Source: Flavobacteriaceae bacterium (GTDB taxonomy: Bacteria; Bacteroidota; Bacteroidia; Flavobacteriales; Flavobacteriaceae). Taken from it: a stretch of 64,000 nt of DNA. Both the position numbers and the translations under genes were made by a program. Positions 11,008 to 22,403 of this stretch are shown one piece after another. Every line of letters begins with the position of its first letter. The first letter of the stretch is position 1. The notes below the pieces were generated by a model that worked only from the letters and a program-made list of their open reading frames with translations, ran no database searches and had not been told where the DNA came from. The DNA lies in contig JABXHN010000002.1 in the NCBI GenBank assembly GCA_013373635.1, forward strand, positions 75,570-139,569, given 5' to 3'.

Positions 11008-11864
11008 ACATCACAGACTTTAAAGGCTTTCTTTAAAGAGTCAATCTTATCTTCGTATTTGCAGATAAATTCTTGAGCAACTACTCCAGTATATCCCGTT
11101 TCAAGGATGGCTCTCATGATAGCAGGATAGTAGAGTTCTTGAGTTTCATCAATCTCGTTTCTACCTGGAACTCCTGCAGTGTGGTAGTGTCCAAAATAGT
11201 GGTGGTTGTCTCTGATGGATTTGATTATATCTCCTTCTTGAATTTGCATATGATAGATGTCGAAGAGTAATTTGAAATTTTCAGAACCCAATCCTTTGCA
11301 TAGAGCAATACCCCAGGCCGAGTTATCACACATATAATCTGGATGATTTTGTTGATTGAATAGTTCCATCTGAATTACGACACCGTGTTTTTCAGCTAGA
11401 GGCATTATTTGTTTTAATCCCGTAATACAATTAGCTAGACCATCTGTATCACTCATTCCTCTTCGATTACCACTAAAACAGATGAGGTTTTTAAATCCGT
11501 TTTCAGCTACTTTAGGAATCATTTCACTGTAGCGTTTGATGAGTTCAGGATGATATTGAGGGTCGTTCCAGCCCTCTGTCAAACTAATTTCTGCACCATT
11601 GCACATCGAACAATTGATATTGTATTGGTGTAGTAATGGCCAGTCTTTTGGACCGAGTAGATCAATATTTTTAATACCGAGTTGACTTAGAGTTTGAAGT
11701 AATTCTTCGAGGGGGATATCATTAAAACACCACTCACAAACAGAGTGATTGATGTTGTTTTTGAGTTCAAATTTTTTTTCTTCTGTTTTGATAAAGTCTT
11801 TTGGGTAGGCAGTTAGTCCAATTGTAGACACAGCTGCAGTTCCAATGAAATCTCTTCTTTTCAT
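11004..11864 (-). CDS. Xylose-isomerase-like TIM-barrel protein (hydroxypyruvate isomerase / sugar-phosphate isomerase family) with a Tat-type signal
   Basis: Twin-arginine N-terminus MKRRDFIGTAAV. Length and pattern (..FDIYHMQIQEGD.., ..VAQEF..) fit the AP_endonuc_2 / hydroxypyruvate isomerase-like family. Confidence 0.7.
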   Translation of the reverse strand: MKRRDFIGTAAVSTIGLTAYPKDFIKTEEKKFELKNNINHSVCEWCFNDIPLEELLQTLSQLGIKNIDLLGPKDWPLLHQYNINCSMCNGAEISLTEGWNDPQYHPELIKRYSEMIPKVAENGFKNLICFSGNRRGMSDTDGLANCITGLKQIMPLAEKHGVVIQMELFNQQNHPDYMCDNSAWGIALCKGLGSENFKLLFDIYHMQIQEGDIIKSIRDNHHYFGHYHTAGVPGRNEIDETQELYYPAIMRAILETGYTGVVAQEFICKYEDKIDSLKKAFKVCDV

Positions 11865-11894
11865 GTGTAAAGGGTTTATTTTAAATAAATATAG

Positions 11895-13589
<1,695 letters not shown>

Positions 13590-13623
13590 GATTTAATTGT
13601 CATTCACTCAGTGAATATATGTT

Positions 13624-15447
13624 ATGGAAGAAAAAAAATTAGACGTCAATTCGATTGTAGGTTTTGTTCTCATTTTTGGGATACTGATCTATATGTTTTA
13701 TATCAATCAACCAACTGCTGAAGAACTCGCTGCACAAAAGCAACAAGAACAAGTAGAACAAAAGGCAAAAGAAAAAGAGAGTGCAACAGCTGATTACACT
13801 AATGTAACACCGGATGCTGTTGAAACAATTCAAGAAGGACAGCAGTTAGGTGCTTTTAAATTAGCTACATCAACAGCTTCTGTTTCAGAACTCTCCAATG
13901 ATAAACTCAGTTTAAAAGTAAGTCATAAGGGTGGTCAGCTCAAATCAGTTCTACTTAATGAATTTAATACTTTTAAAGGGGAACCTGTTTATTTGATCAA
14001 AGATGACAACTCGAAATTTGACATCGAATTTACGGATCGTGAAAACAGAATTATTCACACTGCTGATTTATTGTTTGAATTGGTCTCCTCTACAGATTCA
14101 CAACTTACATTACAATCAAAACTATCTGATAATCAATACATAGAATTTGTTTACTCACTTAATAATGAGGATTATATGGTTGATTTTGCTGTACGTTCAC
14201 AGGGTGTTGCACCACTTATTAATCCGTCTAATAACCCAAAATTAAGTTGGTCTATGGATGCGCTTCGTCACTCTAAAAGTGTGATGTACGAAAATAGATA
14301 TACCAGAACTGTTTACAGATATGAAACGGATAAAGTTGGTAAATTATCACAAGGTGGATCTGATGATGAAGTAGGAGAGGATGTTCAATGGATTTCTTAT
14401 AAACAACACTTCTTTAGCAGTGTTTTAATCCCTCAAAACAATTTTGATAAGGTGAGTTTCACTTCAGAAACTCTTTCTGATGAAGAATCAGAAGAAGCAG
14501 TATTTTTAAAGCGTTTTAACTCCTTAACAGAGCTATCTTATTCAGCCAATGAATTTTCAAATCAATTTAGATGGTTCTTTGGTCCTACAGATGTAAAGGT
14601 GTTATCTCAGTATGAAAACTTAGAATTAGAATCTGCAATTCCATTTGGATGGGGGATTTTCGGATGGTTGAATCGCTATGTGTTTACACCGGTTTACACC
14701 TTCTTAAGTTCGTTTTTGCCTTTTGGTATCGCTATTATTGTGATGACCATCCTCGTTCGTTTACTCATGTCGCCTGTGACCTATAAATCGTATTTATCTC
14801 AGGCAAAAATGAAGGTGTTGCGTCCAGAGATTGATGAAATCAATGAAAAGTACAAGGACAATGCGATGAAAAAGCAACAAGAAACTATGGCACTGTATTC
14901 TAAGGCTGGAGTGAATCCAATGAGTGGTTGTGTTCCAGCACTATTGCAGATGCCTATTTTCTACGCCCTCTTTATGTTCTTTCCATCCGCTTTTGTACTC
15001 AGACAAAAATCATTCTTATGGGCAGAAGATTTATCTTCTTACGATACGGTAATGCAATTGCCGTTTAAGATTCCATTCTATGGTGATCACGTGAGTTTAT
15101 TTCCTCTTTTAGCATCTGTTGCTATTTTCTTCTATATGAAAATGACTACAGGTCAAAATATGCCAACACAACCAGGAATGCCTAATATGAAATTCATATT
15201 ATATCTATCTCCTGTAATGATGTTGTTTTTCTTTAACTCCTATGCAAGTGGATTGAGTTTGTACTATTTTGTATCAAACCTTATTACCATCATCATTATG
15301 TTGGTGATTAAGAAATACATTATCGATGAGGATAAAATTCACTCTAGAATTCAAGAAAACAAGCTTAAGCCGAAGAAAAAGAGCAAGTTCCAAGAGCGTA
15401 TGAAAGAAATGATGGAACAAGCTGAACAACAAAAGAAGGGCAAGTAA
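13624..15447 (+). CDS. yidC: Membrane protein insertase YidC
   Basis: Long periplasmic domain followed by the conserved core LLMSPVTYKSYLSQAKMKVLRPEIDEINEKYKD..GVNPMSGCVPALLQMPIF. Confidence 0.93.
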   Translation: MEEKKLDVNSIVGFVLIFGILIYMFYINQPTAEELAAQKQQEQVEQKAKEKESATADYTNVTPDAVETIQEGQQLGAFKLATSTASVSELSNDKLSLKVSHKGGQLKSVLLNEFNTFKGEPVYLIKDDNSKFDIEFTDRENRIIHTADLLFELVSSTDSQLTLQSKLSDNQYIEFVYSLNNEDYMVDFAVRSQGVAPLINPSNNPKLSWSMDALRHSKSVMYENRYTRTVYRYETDKVGKLSQGGSDDEVGEDVQWISYKQHFFSSVLIPQNNFDKVSFTSETLSDEESEEAVFLKRFNSLTELSYSANEFSNQFRWFFGPTDVKVLSQYENLELESAIPFGWGIFGWLNRYVFTPVYTFLSSFLPFGIAIIVMTILVRLLMSPVTYKSYLSQAKMKVLRPEIDEINEKYKDNAMKKQQETMALYSKAGVNPMSGCVPALLQMPIFYALFMFFPSAFVLRQKSFLWAEDLSSYDTVMQLPFKIPFYGDHVSLFPLLASVAIFFYMKMTTGQNMPTQPGMPNMKFILYLSPVMMLFFFNSYASGLSLYYFVSNLITIIIMLVIKKYIIDEDKIHSRIQENKLKPKKKSKFQERMKEMMEQAEQQKKGK

Positions 15448-15494
15448 TCAATCTTGATGTCTTTTATTTATTGTAATTTTATCTTTTCTTCAAG

Positions 15495-16685
15495 ATGAAA
15501 AAAGTTGTCGTAGGTTTATCCGGAGGAGTCGATTCCAGTGTAGCAGCCTATCTCTTAAAACAACAGGGATATGAGGTCATAGGTCTTTTTATGAAAAATT
15601 GGCACGATGATTCTGTGACCATTTCAGATGAATGTCCATGGCTTGAAGACAGTAATGACGCTCTTTTAGTTGCTGAAAAATTAGGTATTCCATTTCAAAC
15701 AGTCGATTTAAGCGAGCAGTACAAAGAACGTATTGTAGACTATATGTTTGCTGAATACGAAAGAGGAAGAACTCCAAATCCAGATGTACTCTGTAATCGG
15801 GAGATTAAGTTCGATGTATTTATGGACATCGCTTTGAGCTTAGGAGCAGATTATGTTGCAACGGGTCACTATTGTAGAAAAGGAGAGCTGATCGACCAGC
15901 AGGGAAATACTCATTATCAATTGTTATCAGGAAAAGATCCCAACAAAGATCAATCGTATTTTCTATGTCAATTATCACAAGAACAACTTTCAAAAACGCT
16001 TTTTCCAATAGGTGAGTTATTGAAACCAGAAGTTAGAGCAATTGCTGCAGAGCAGGATTTAATAACAGCCCAGAAAAAAGATTCTCAAGGATTGTGTTTT
16101 ATCGGAAAGGTTCGTCTTCCAGATTTTTTACAACAACAACTCAAGCAAAAAAAAGGGTCCATTGTTGAAATATCAGCTGATTTAGATTTATACAATCAAA
16201 AACAAACTTCTTTTGAATCTATAGAAGAGGAGTTGGAACAGACCTCAAAAGCTTTTTCTTATGAGTTGTCTGATGGAAAAATAGTAGGGGAACACATTGG
16301 TGCTCATTTCTTTACAGTTGGTCAGCGCAAAGGATTAGATGTCGGAGGAACTCCTGAACCACTTTTTGTAATCGCAACTGATGTCAAAGAAAATATCATC
16401 TATACTGGTCAGGGAAAGTCTCATCCTGGGCTCTATCGATCGGCTCTAAAGATTGATGCCTCTGAAATGCATTGGGTACGAGAGGATTTAATGCTTAAAG
16501 AGGGAGAATCTATAGAAGTAATGGCCCGAATCCGTTATAGACAACCCTTACAAAAGGCGAGGCTCTACAGTTTTGAAAAGGCTTCTTATTTAATGTTTGA
16601 TGAGCCTCAATCGGCGATCACAGAAGGACAGTTTGCAGCTGTGTATCAAGAAGAAGAATTAATAGCTTCAGGAGTAATCAATTAG
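15495..16685 (+). CDS. mnmA: tRNA 2-thiouridine(34) synthase MnmA
   Basis: PP-loop [18 protein letters not shown]. ..KDQSYFL.. and GLCFIG motifs. Confidence 0.95.
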   Translation: MKKVVVGLSGGVDSSVAAYLLKQQGYEVIGLFMKNWHDDSVTISDECPWLEDSNDALLVAEKLGIPFQTVDLSEQYKERIVDYMFAEYERGRTPNPDVLCNREIKFDVFMDIALSLGADYVATGHYCRKGELIDQQGNTHYQLLSGKDPNKDQSYFLCQLSQEQLSKTLFPIGELLKPEVRAIAAEQDLITAQKKDSQGLCFIGKVRLPDFLQQQLKQKKGSIVEISADLDLYNQKQTSFESIEEELEQTSKAFSYELSDGKIVGEHIGAHFFTVGQRKGLDVGGTPEPLFVIATDVKENIIYTGQGKSHPGLYRSALKIDASEMHWVREDLMLKEGESIEVMARIRYRQPLQKARLYSFEKASYLMFDEPQSAITEGQFAAVYQEEELIASGVIN

Positions 16686-16687
16686 TT

Positions 16688-17629
16688 ATGAACTCCATTT
16701 GTAACTTATTCAATATTCAATATCCCATTGTTCAAGGAGGTATGGTTTGGACCAGTGGTTGGCGATTAGCTTCAGCGGTATCCAATGCTGGTGGTCTTGG
16801 ATTGATCGGTGCTGGATCAATGTCTGCTGATCTATTAGAGGAACACATACAAAAATGTCAGAAAGCTACTGATAAGCCTTTTGGAGTCAATATTCCGCTC
16901 TTGTATTCCAAGGTGGAAGAGCAGTTAGATGTCATTGTTAAGAATAAGGTTTCGATTGTATTTACTTCTGCCGGAAACCCTATGACCTACACTTCGTATC
17001 TCAAAGAAAAGGGAATTAAAGTGGTTCATGTGATCGGAAGCAGTAAACAAGCCTTAAAAGCACAATCTGCGGGTGTAGATGCTGTCGTTGCTGAAGGTTT
17101 TGAAGCTGGGGGTCACAATTCTAAGGATGAAACTACCACTCTAGTATTGATACCAGAAATTGTAAAGGCGGTTTCCATTCCAGTCATTGCAGCAGGAGGT
17201 ATTGCATCTGGGAAGGCAATTCTAGCCTCAATGGCATTAGGAGCTAAAGGAGTACAAATAGGAACTCTTTTCTTGATGTCAAAAGAATCCAGTGCTCATG
17301 ACAATTACAAAGAGTATCTCACCAAGCTCGAGCAAGGAGGAACTAGCTTAACTCTTAAAGAACTGACTCCTGTTCGAATCGCTAAGAATCAATTCTACGA
17401 TGAACTTATGGAACTCTATGCTGGACATGCCTCAGTAGAAGAGTTAAGAGCAAAACTTTCAAAGGGAAGATCTAAAAAGGGAATTTTTGAAGGAGATCTC
17501 AGCGATGGAGAACTCGAAGTTGGCCAGGTGGCTTCTTCTATTGTTCAAATTCAATCGGTTGAAGAGCAATTTAAAAGACTGATCCTTGAATACAAAGAAG
17601 CTTTTGATCAATTAAAGAGCGAGCTCTAA
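16688..17629 (+). CDS. NMO/FabK-family flavin oxidoreductase (nitronate monooxygenase / enoyl-ACP reductase II-like)
   Basis: YPIVQGGMVW, AEGFEAGGH and IPVIAAGGIASG closely follow the FabK/NPD pattern. Confidence 0.8.
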   Translation: MNSICNLFNIQYPIVQGGMVWTSGWRLASAVSNAGGLGLIGAGSMSADLLEEHIQKCQKATDKPFGVNIPLLYSKVEEQLDVIVKNKVSIVFTSAGNPMTYTSYLKEKGIKVVHVIGSSKQALKAQSAGVDAVVAEGFEAGGHNSKDETTTLVLIPEIVKAVSIPVIAAGGIASGKAILASMALGAKGVQIGTLFLMSKESSAHDNYKEYLTKLEQGGTSLTLKELTPVRIAKNQFYDELMELYAGHASVEELRAKLSKGRSKKGIFEGDLSDGELEVGQVASSIVQIQSVEEQFKRLILEYKEAFDQLKSEL

Positions 17630-18390
17630 AAGGCAATCGCCTTTTTAATAACGATGTTTCTCATCGGCCAATCACCACTGTCAACTTTTTGAGCGTTGAT
17701 TTGATCGACGACATCCATGCCTTCAATCACTTGTCCAAATGGAGTATAACCACCGTCTAAGTGGTAGGAACCAGGTTTGGTAACCACAATAAAAAACTCA
17801 TAGGGCGAAGCGAGTTTATGAGGGTTGTCTATATCGCTACTAGGCATCGATACGACTCCTCTGTGATGTTTGTGACCCTTTCGAGTATCAGGTGGCAATA
17901 AGTATCGACCAATTGCTCTTCTCTTTTGTGAGACTTCAGGGATGTCTGCATTTCCACCCTGAATAATAAAACCTTTGACAATTCTGTGAAAATAGGTGTT
18001 GTTAAAATAACCTTTCTTAGTCAAGTAGATAAAATTAGCTTTGTGATAGGGTACATTGTCAAATAGTTCAATGGTAATGTCTCCAAAGTTAGTCTCCAAT
18101 TTCACTTTAGTTTCCTTTAGAGTTTTGTTGTATTCAAAGAAAAAAGCAATTGCATTCTCCTCATCGAGTACAAAGTCATCATTCGATACTTTATTAGATT
18201 CCTCTTTTGTTTTTTCTTTTGATATTGGGCTTTGATAAGGTTGATCATTTTTAGATAATTCAACACTGTCTTTGATTTGATTCCTGCTTGAATTTGAACT
18301 ATCTTTAATATCATTATTGGGATTCTGATTACAAGAAGTCAAAAACATTAGGCTGATGAGACTATATCTTATTTTATAAAAGTATTGCAT
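17626..18390 (-). CDS. Cyclophilin-type peptidyl-prolyl isomerase, lipoprotein
   Basis: Lipobox ..LMFLTSC. Ser/Asn/Lys-rich linker. Cyclophilin core FHRIVKGFIIQGG..TPFGQVIEGMDVVD. Confidence 0.85.
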   Translation of the reverse strand: MQYFYKIRYSLISLMFLTSCNQNPNNDIKDSSNSSRNQIKDSVELSKNDQPYQSPISKEKTKEESNKVSNDDFVLDEENAIAFFFEYNKTLKETKVKLETNFGDITIELFDNVPYHKANFIYLTKKGYFNNTYFHRIVKGFIIQGGNADIPEVSQKRRAIGRYLLPPDTRKGHKHHRGVVSMPSSDIDNPHKLASPYEFFIVVTKPGSYHLDGGYTPFGQVIEGMDVVDQINAQKVDSGDWPMRNIVIKKAIAF

Positions 18391-19033
18391 GGATTTTGAT
18401 CATTTTACATCTGTGTTTTCAAAAATAGAAAAATTACCACTGCCAGGAAAACAGGCGCACTTTTCTATGACGTCAAAAATAAGGGCAATTCAGATGGCTA
18501 GTGAAAACTTTGAAGGAAAAAAAGTCAAAAAGGCTGCTGTTTTGGCACTTTGCTATCCTGATATTCATTTCAAAACCAATCTGTTATTGATCAAAAGAAA
18601 GGCTGTTAAAGGAGATGTTCATTCCGCTCAAATTGGATTTCCAGGAGGAAGTGTCGAAGAAAATGATTCTTCGTTGATGCATACAGCCATTAGAGAAGCA
18701 GAGGAGGAGGTAGGAATTCAAAAAAAAGGAATCGATAAAATATTAAAATTGAGTCAACTTTATATTCCACCTTCAAATTTTTTAGTACACCCTTTTTTAG
18801 CTATTAGTCAACAAAAGCCCGAATTTAAAATTCAAGAAGAAGAAGTAGATTCTATTTTAGAAATACCACTGACTTATTTCTTAGAAGACAAAAATATTTG
18901 CTCTCATAAAATTTCAAATTCATATCTCACTGAGGTAGATTTTCCGGCATTTAACTATGAAAACCATATTATATGGGGTGCCACAGCAATGATGCTCGGA
19001 GAAATACGTAGCTTGATAAAACAAATCATTTAA
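18389..19033 (+). CDS. NUDIX hydrolase (CoA pyrophosphatase-like)
   Basis: Nudix box GFPGGSVEENDSSLMHTAIREAEEEVG. Its start codon overlaps the divergent PPIase start (CATG). Confidence 0.75.
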   Translation: MDFDHFTSVFSKIEKLPLPGKQAHFSMTSKIRAIQMASENFEGKKVKKAAVLALCYPDIHFKTNLLLIKRKAVKGDVHSAQIGFPGGSVEENDSSLMHTAIREAEEEVGIQKKGIDKILKLSQLYIPPSNFLVHPFLAISQQKPEFKIQEEEVDSILEIPLTYFLEDKNICSHKISNSYLTEVDFPAFNYENHIIWGATAMMLGEIRSLIKQII

Positions 19034-19067
19034 GAATTGTTTCTAATATTTGATTAAATTGCGCCTT

Positions 19068-19892
19068 ATGTCACTATTCAAGAAAAACCCATTTGGTCAT
19101 TATCTCTTTCTAAAGAAGATGTTGATTCGCTATTTAGGAATCTTAACACACTCTAGATACAAGCGATTTAATGAACTCAAAATAGAGGGATCAGAAATAA
19201 TTAGAGATTTACCAGATACAAAGGTATTGTTTGTATCGAATCATCAAACTTACTTTGCTGACGTTGTGGCGATGTATCACGTTTTTAATGCCAGTTTAAA
19301 GGGCCGAATAGATTCCATCAAGAATGTTGGGTATTTGTGGAATCCCAAGCTCAATATTTACTACGTTGCTGCGAAAGAAACAATGAAAGGTAGCTTTATT
19401 GCAAAAGTACTTGCTTATGCTGGATCTGTCAGTATTGATAGAACTTGGAGAGCTGCAGGTCAAGATGTCAACAGACAGGTTAAATTGAGTGATATCACCA
19501 ATATTGGAAAGGCCTTAGAAGACGGTTGGGTAATCACCTTTCCTCAAGGAACTACAACTCCTTGGAAACCTATTCGAAAAGGAACTGCACATATCATTAA
19601 GCGATATCAACCCATTGTGATTCCTATTGTTATAGACGGTTTTAGACGTTCTTTTGACAAAAAAGGACTTCGCATTAAAAAGAAGGGGATTCTTCAGTCA
19701 ATGGTGATCAAGCAGCCCCTCGATATTGATTATGAAAATGAATCTATCGATGAAATTGTAGAAAAGATCGAATTTGCAATTGAACAGCATCCTTCATTTT
19801 TGAAGGTACTTACCAAAGAGCAAATTGCTGAGATCGAAGAAGAAAATAAACTGAGATATTACGACCTGGAAAAGGAAAGTGATAAAGAATAA
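19068..19892 (+). CDS. Lysophospholipid (1-acyl-sn-glycerol-3-phosphate-type) acyltransferase family protein
   Basis: NHQTYFAD resembles the HX4D motif but is one residue longer. FPQGTT matches the FPEGTR-like motif. The ATG at 19068 is preferred over the TTG at 19050. Confidence 0.7.
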   Translation: MSLFKKNPFGHYLFLKKMLIRYLGILTHSRYKRFNELKIEGSEIIRDLPDTKVLFVSNHQTYFADVVAMYHVFNASLKGRIDSIKNVGYLWNPKLNIYYVAAKETMKGSFIAKVLAYAGSVSIDRTWRAAGQDVNRQVKLSDITNIGKALEDGWVITFPQGTTTPWKPIRKGTAHIIKRYQPIVIPIVIDGFRRSFDKKGLRIKKKGILQSMVIKQPLDIDYENESIDEIVEKIEFAIEQHPSFLKVLTKEQIAEIEEENKLRYYDLEKESDKE

Positions 19893-19916
19893 AAAAGAGG
19901 CCTTAGGGCCTCTTTT
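19891..19916. terminator. Bidirectional intrinsic terminator between convergent genes
   Basis: AAAAAAGAGGCC-TTAG-GGCCTCTTTT: GC-rich stem flanked by an A-run and a T-run. Confidence 0.8.
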
Positions 19917-19937
19917 AATTTTAAAACTAAATTCTTA

Positions 19938-21356
19938 TTACTTTCTGTAATCGAGTGCTGGTTTACGATTCCCTATAAGAGGAATGTATTTAAAATTAGC
20001 TCCTCTACGTTCGATTAGCTCTTGTTTTGCTTTCTCAATTGTCTTTGGACTTTTAAATAGATCAATAGCTGTTATCCCCAGGGTTTTAGCTGCAACCATC
20101 ATTCCTTTTTTACTGATAGACATTCCACCAGCAGCAACTGCTTGCCATGAATGAGCAGGAGTTCCTGGAACCCAAGTAGCAGTGCTTAGTCCAGCAGTTG
20201 GAACTGCAAAACTTACATCACCTACATCGGTAGAACCTCCAGCTTTACCAACTTCTTTAAAAGGTTGAATCACATTTGTACTATTTAAGTCTTTAGGATT
20301 GCTTAGAGTTTTTGAAATTTCTTCTGCAAACGCACTTTCATCTTCTGTGTATTGAAAACCTCCAACTTCAACTAAGTTGTCGTACATCAGTTTTTGAAGA
20401 GTTAAATTTGGAAGTAACTCATGAGTTCCACCAATGAGTTCGTATTCCATGGTGGTTCCAGTACCTAAAGCAGCTCCTTTAGCAGCATTGATTATTTTTT
20501 CAAAGATATCCATTACGACATCCCTGTTTTTATCTCTAGCGTAGTAATAAACTTCAGCGAAGTTAGGAACTACATTTGGAGCTTTTCCACCTTGAGTGAT
20601 TACATAGTGAATACGAGATCCATCTGGAATGTGTTCTCTGAGCATATTGACCATCACATTCATTCCTTCAACTGCATCCAATGCAGATTTTCCTTCCCAA
20701 GGTGCAGCAGCAGCATGAGCAGATACACCGTAGAATCTAAATTTCGCTGATTTATTTGCTAGTGCAGCGCCTGCACTTGCGTTGTTTTGATTTCCAGGAT
20801 GCCAGTGTAATACAGCATCAACATCGTCAAAAACACCTTCTCGTGTCATATATACTTTACCAGATCCACCTTCTTCGGCTGGACATCCATAAAATCGAAT
20901 TCTACCTTCCTTTTTGTTGTCTTTTAACCAATTTTTTACTGTAATTGCAGCTGCAGTAGATGCTGTTCCAAATAGGTGATGCCCACAAGCATGACCTGCG
21001 TTTCCACCAGCAGTTTCTTGATGAGACACTGCTTTTTGAGATAAACCAGGCAGGGCGTCGTATTCTCCGAGAATTCCAATTACAGGCCCTGAAGATCCGT
21101 ATTCAGCCATAAAAGCTGTAGGTATACCTGCAATACCTTTTGTGATTTTAAATCCTTCAGCAGCTAAGGTTTCTTGAAGTAAGGCTGAGCTCTTTTCTTC
21201 TAGATAGCCCATTTCAGCCCAATCCCAAATTTGTTGAGCAATATTAGCGTAAGTTTCTTTGTTGTCTTCCAATTGCTTTATTGCCTTTGAAGAACTCTGT
21301 GCTTGAATAGAAATACTACTCAAAAACAATAATAAGAGAGGTAATTTTTTATACAT
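19938..21356 (-). CDS. M20-family amidohydrolase (AbgB-like), secreted
   Basis: Signal peptide MYKKLPLLLLFLSSISIQA. Metal-binding region GHACGHHLFG. Overall M20D pattern. Confidence 0.8.
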   Translation of the reverse strand: MYKKLPLLLLFLSSISIQAQSSSKAIKQLEDNKETYANIAQQIWDWAEMGYLEEKSSALLQETLAAEGFKITKGIAGIPTAFMAEYGSSGPVIGILGEYDALPGLSQKAVSHQETAGGNAGHACGHHLFGTASTAAAITVKNWLKDNKKEGRIRFYGCPAEEGGSGKVYMTREGVFDDVDAVLHWHPGNQNNASAGAALANKSAKFRFYGVSAHAAAAPWEGKSALDAVEGMNVMVNMLREHIPDGSRIHYVITQGGKAPNVVPNFAEVYYYARDKNRDVVMDIFEKIINAAKGAALGTGTTMEYELIGGTHELLPNLTLQKLMYDNLVEVGGFQYTEDESAFAEEISKTLSNPKDLNSTNVIQPFKEVGKAGGSTDVGDVSFAVPTAGLSTATWVPGTPAHSWQAVAAGGMSISKKGMMVAAKTLGITAIDLFKSPKTIEKAKQELIERRGANFKYIPLIGNRKPALDYRK

Positions 21357-21403
21357 AGTCGGTTTGTTTTTAAAGGTTTTAAATTATAAAAAATATTCAA
21401 ACA

Positions 21404-22300
21404 TTACTTTCTAGGGTGATACTTATTTAATACTGATGTCAAATGAGTTTTATCCATATGTACGTAGATCTCAGTAGTGGTAATGCTTTGATGTCCAAGC
21501 ATTTGTTGAATTGCTCTTAAATCTGCACCGTTTTCCAATAGATGTGTTGCAAAAGAATGCCTAAAAGTATGAGGGCTAATGGTCTTATTTAAACCAATTT
21601 TATCTGACAATTGTCGAATAATTGTAAAAATCATAGCTCTAGTTAGTTGAGATCCTCTTCTATTCAAAAAAAGGAGATCAGAATGTTCTTTTTTTAATGG
21701 AAAATGAGGTCTAACTAATTTTTGATAATTTATCATGCATTTGATGAGATAATCATTTAGTGGTATAAAACGCTCTTTATCTCCTTTTCCAATAACCTTG
21801 AGAAATCCTTCTTTGAAAAAGAGGTCAGAACATTTAAGATTTAAAAGTTCACTAACTCTAAGTCCACATCCGTAAAGAGTTTCTAAAATTACATAATTGC
21901 GTTCCCCTTCATTTGTGGATCGATCAATTGCAGAAATTAGTTGATCGATTTCATTTACAGAAAGTACTTCGGGTAATTTTCTGCCAATTTTGGGTGTTTC
22001 AATTAAATCCATGGGATTATCGGTTCGATAATCCTCAAAAATTAAATAATCAAAAAAATTTTTTAAACCAGAAATGAATCGAGCTTGGCTTCTTGGACTT
22101 ATATTTTTAGAGAGGTCGTATATGGAGGTTTTTAAAAGCTCATGATCAATTTTTACAGGACTAGTGTCAATTTGATTTTCAATTAAAAAATTAGATAATT
22201 TGTAGAGATCTAGGGTGTAATTTTTGATTGTATTTTCACTCAATCCTCGTTCGATTTTAATGTAAGTCAGGTAATCTTTTATGTGATTTTTCCAGTTCAT
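21404..22300 (-). CDS. xerD: Site-specific tyrosine recombinase XerD
   Basis: N-terminal SAM-like domain (YIKIERGLSENTIKNY). Catalytic region ..CGLRVSEL.., HTFRHSFATHLL and GHQSITTTEIYVH. Confidence 0.88.
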   Translation of the reverse strand: MNWKNHIKDYLTYIKIERGLSENTIKNYTLDLYKLSNFLIENQIDTSPVKIDHELLKTSIYDLSKNISPRSQARFISGLKNFFDYLIFEDYRTDNPMDLIETPKIGRKLPEVLSVNEIDQLISAIDRSTNEGERNYVILETLYGCGLRVSELLNLKCSDLFFKEGFLKVIGKGDKERFIPLNDYLIKCMINYQKLVRPHFPLKKEHSDLLFLNRRGSQLTRAMIFTIIRQLSDKIGLNKTISPHTFRHSFATHLLENGADLRAIQQMLGHQSITTTEIYVHMDKTHLTSVLNKYHPRK

Positions 22301-22403
22301 TTTTTAATCTCAGAATCATTTGATTGACTTATGTCAATAACTTTTGTTGAAAAGTATCAAAGTTTCAATAGTTTTAACTAAATTTACTGTAATTGTTTTA
22401 AAT

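Noticed and set aside
21404-22300. A tyrosine recombinase that might mark an integrated mobile element.
   Set aside because: The sequence is a canonical XerD (SAM-like N-domain, RHRY-type catalytic motifs). It is flanked by housekeeping genes, with no tRNA, direct repeats, transposase or phage genes nearby.
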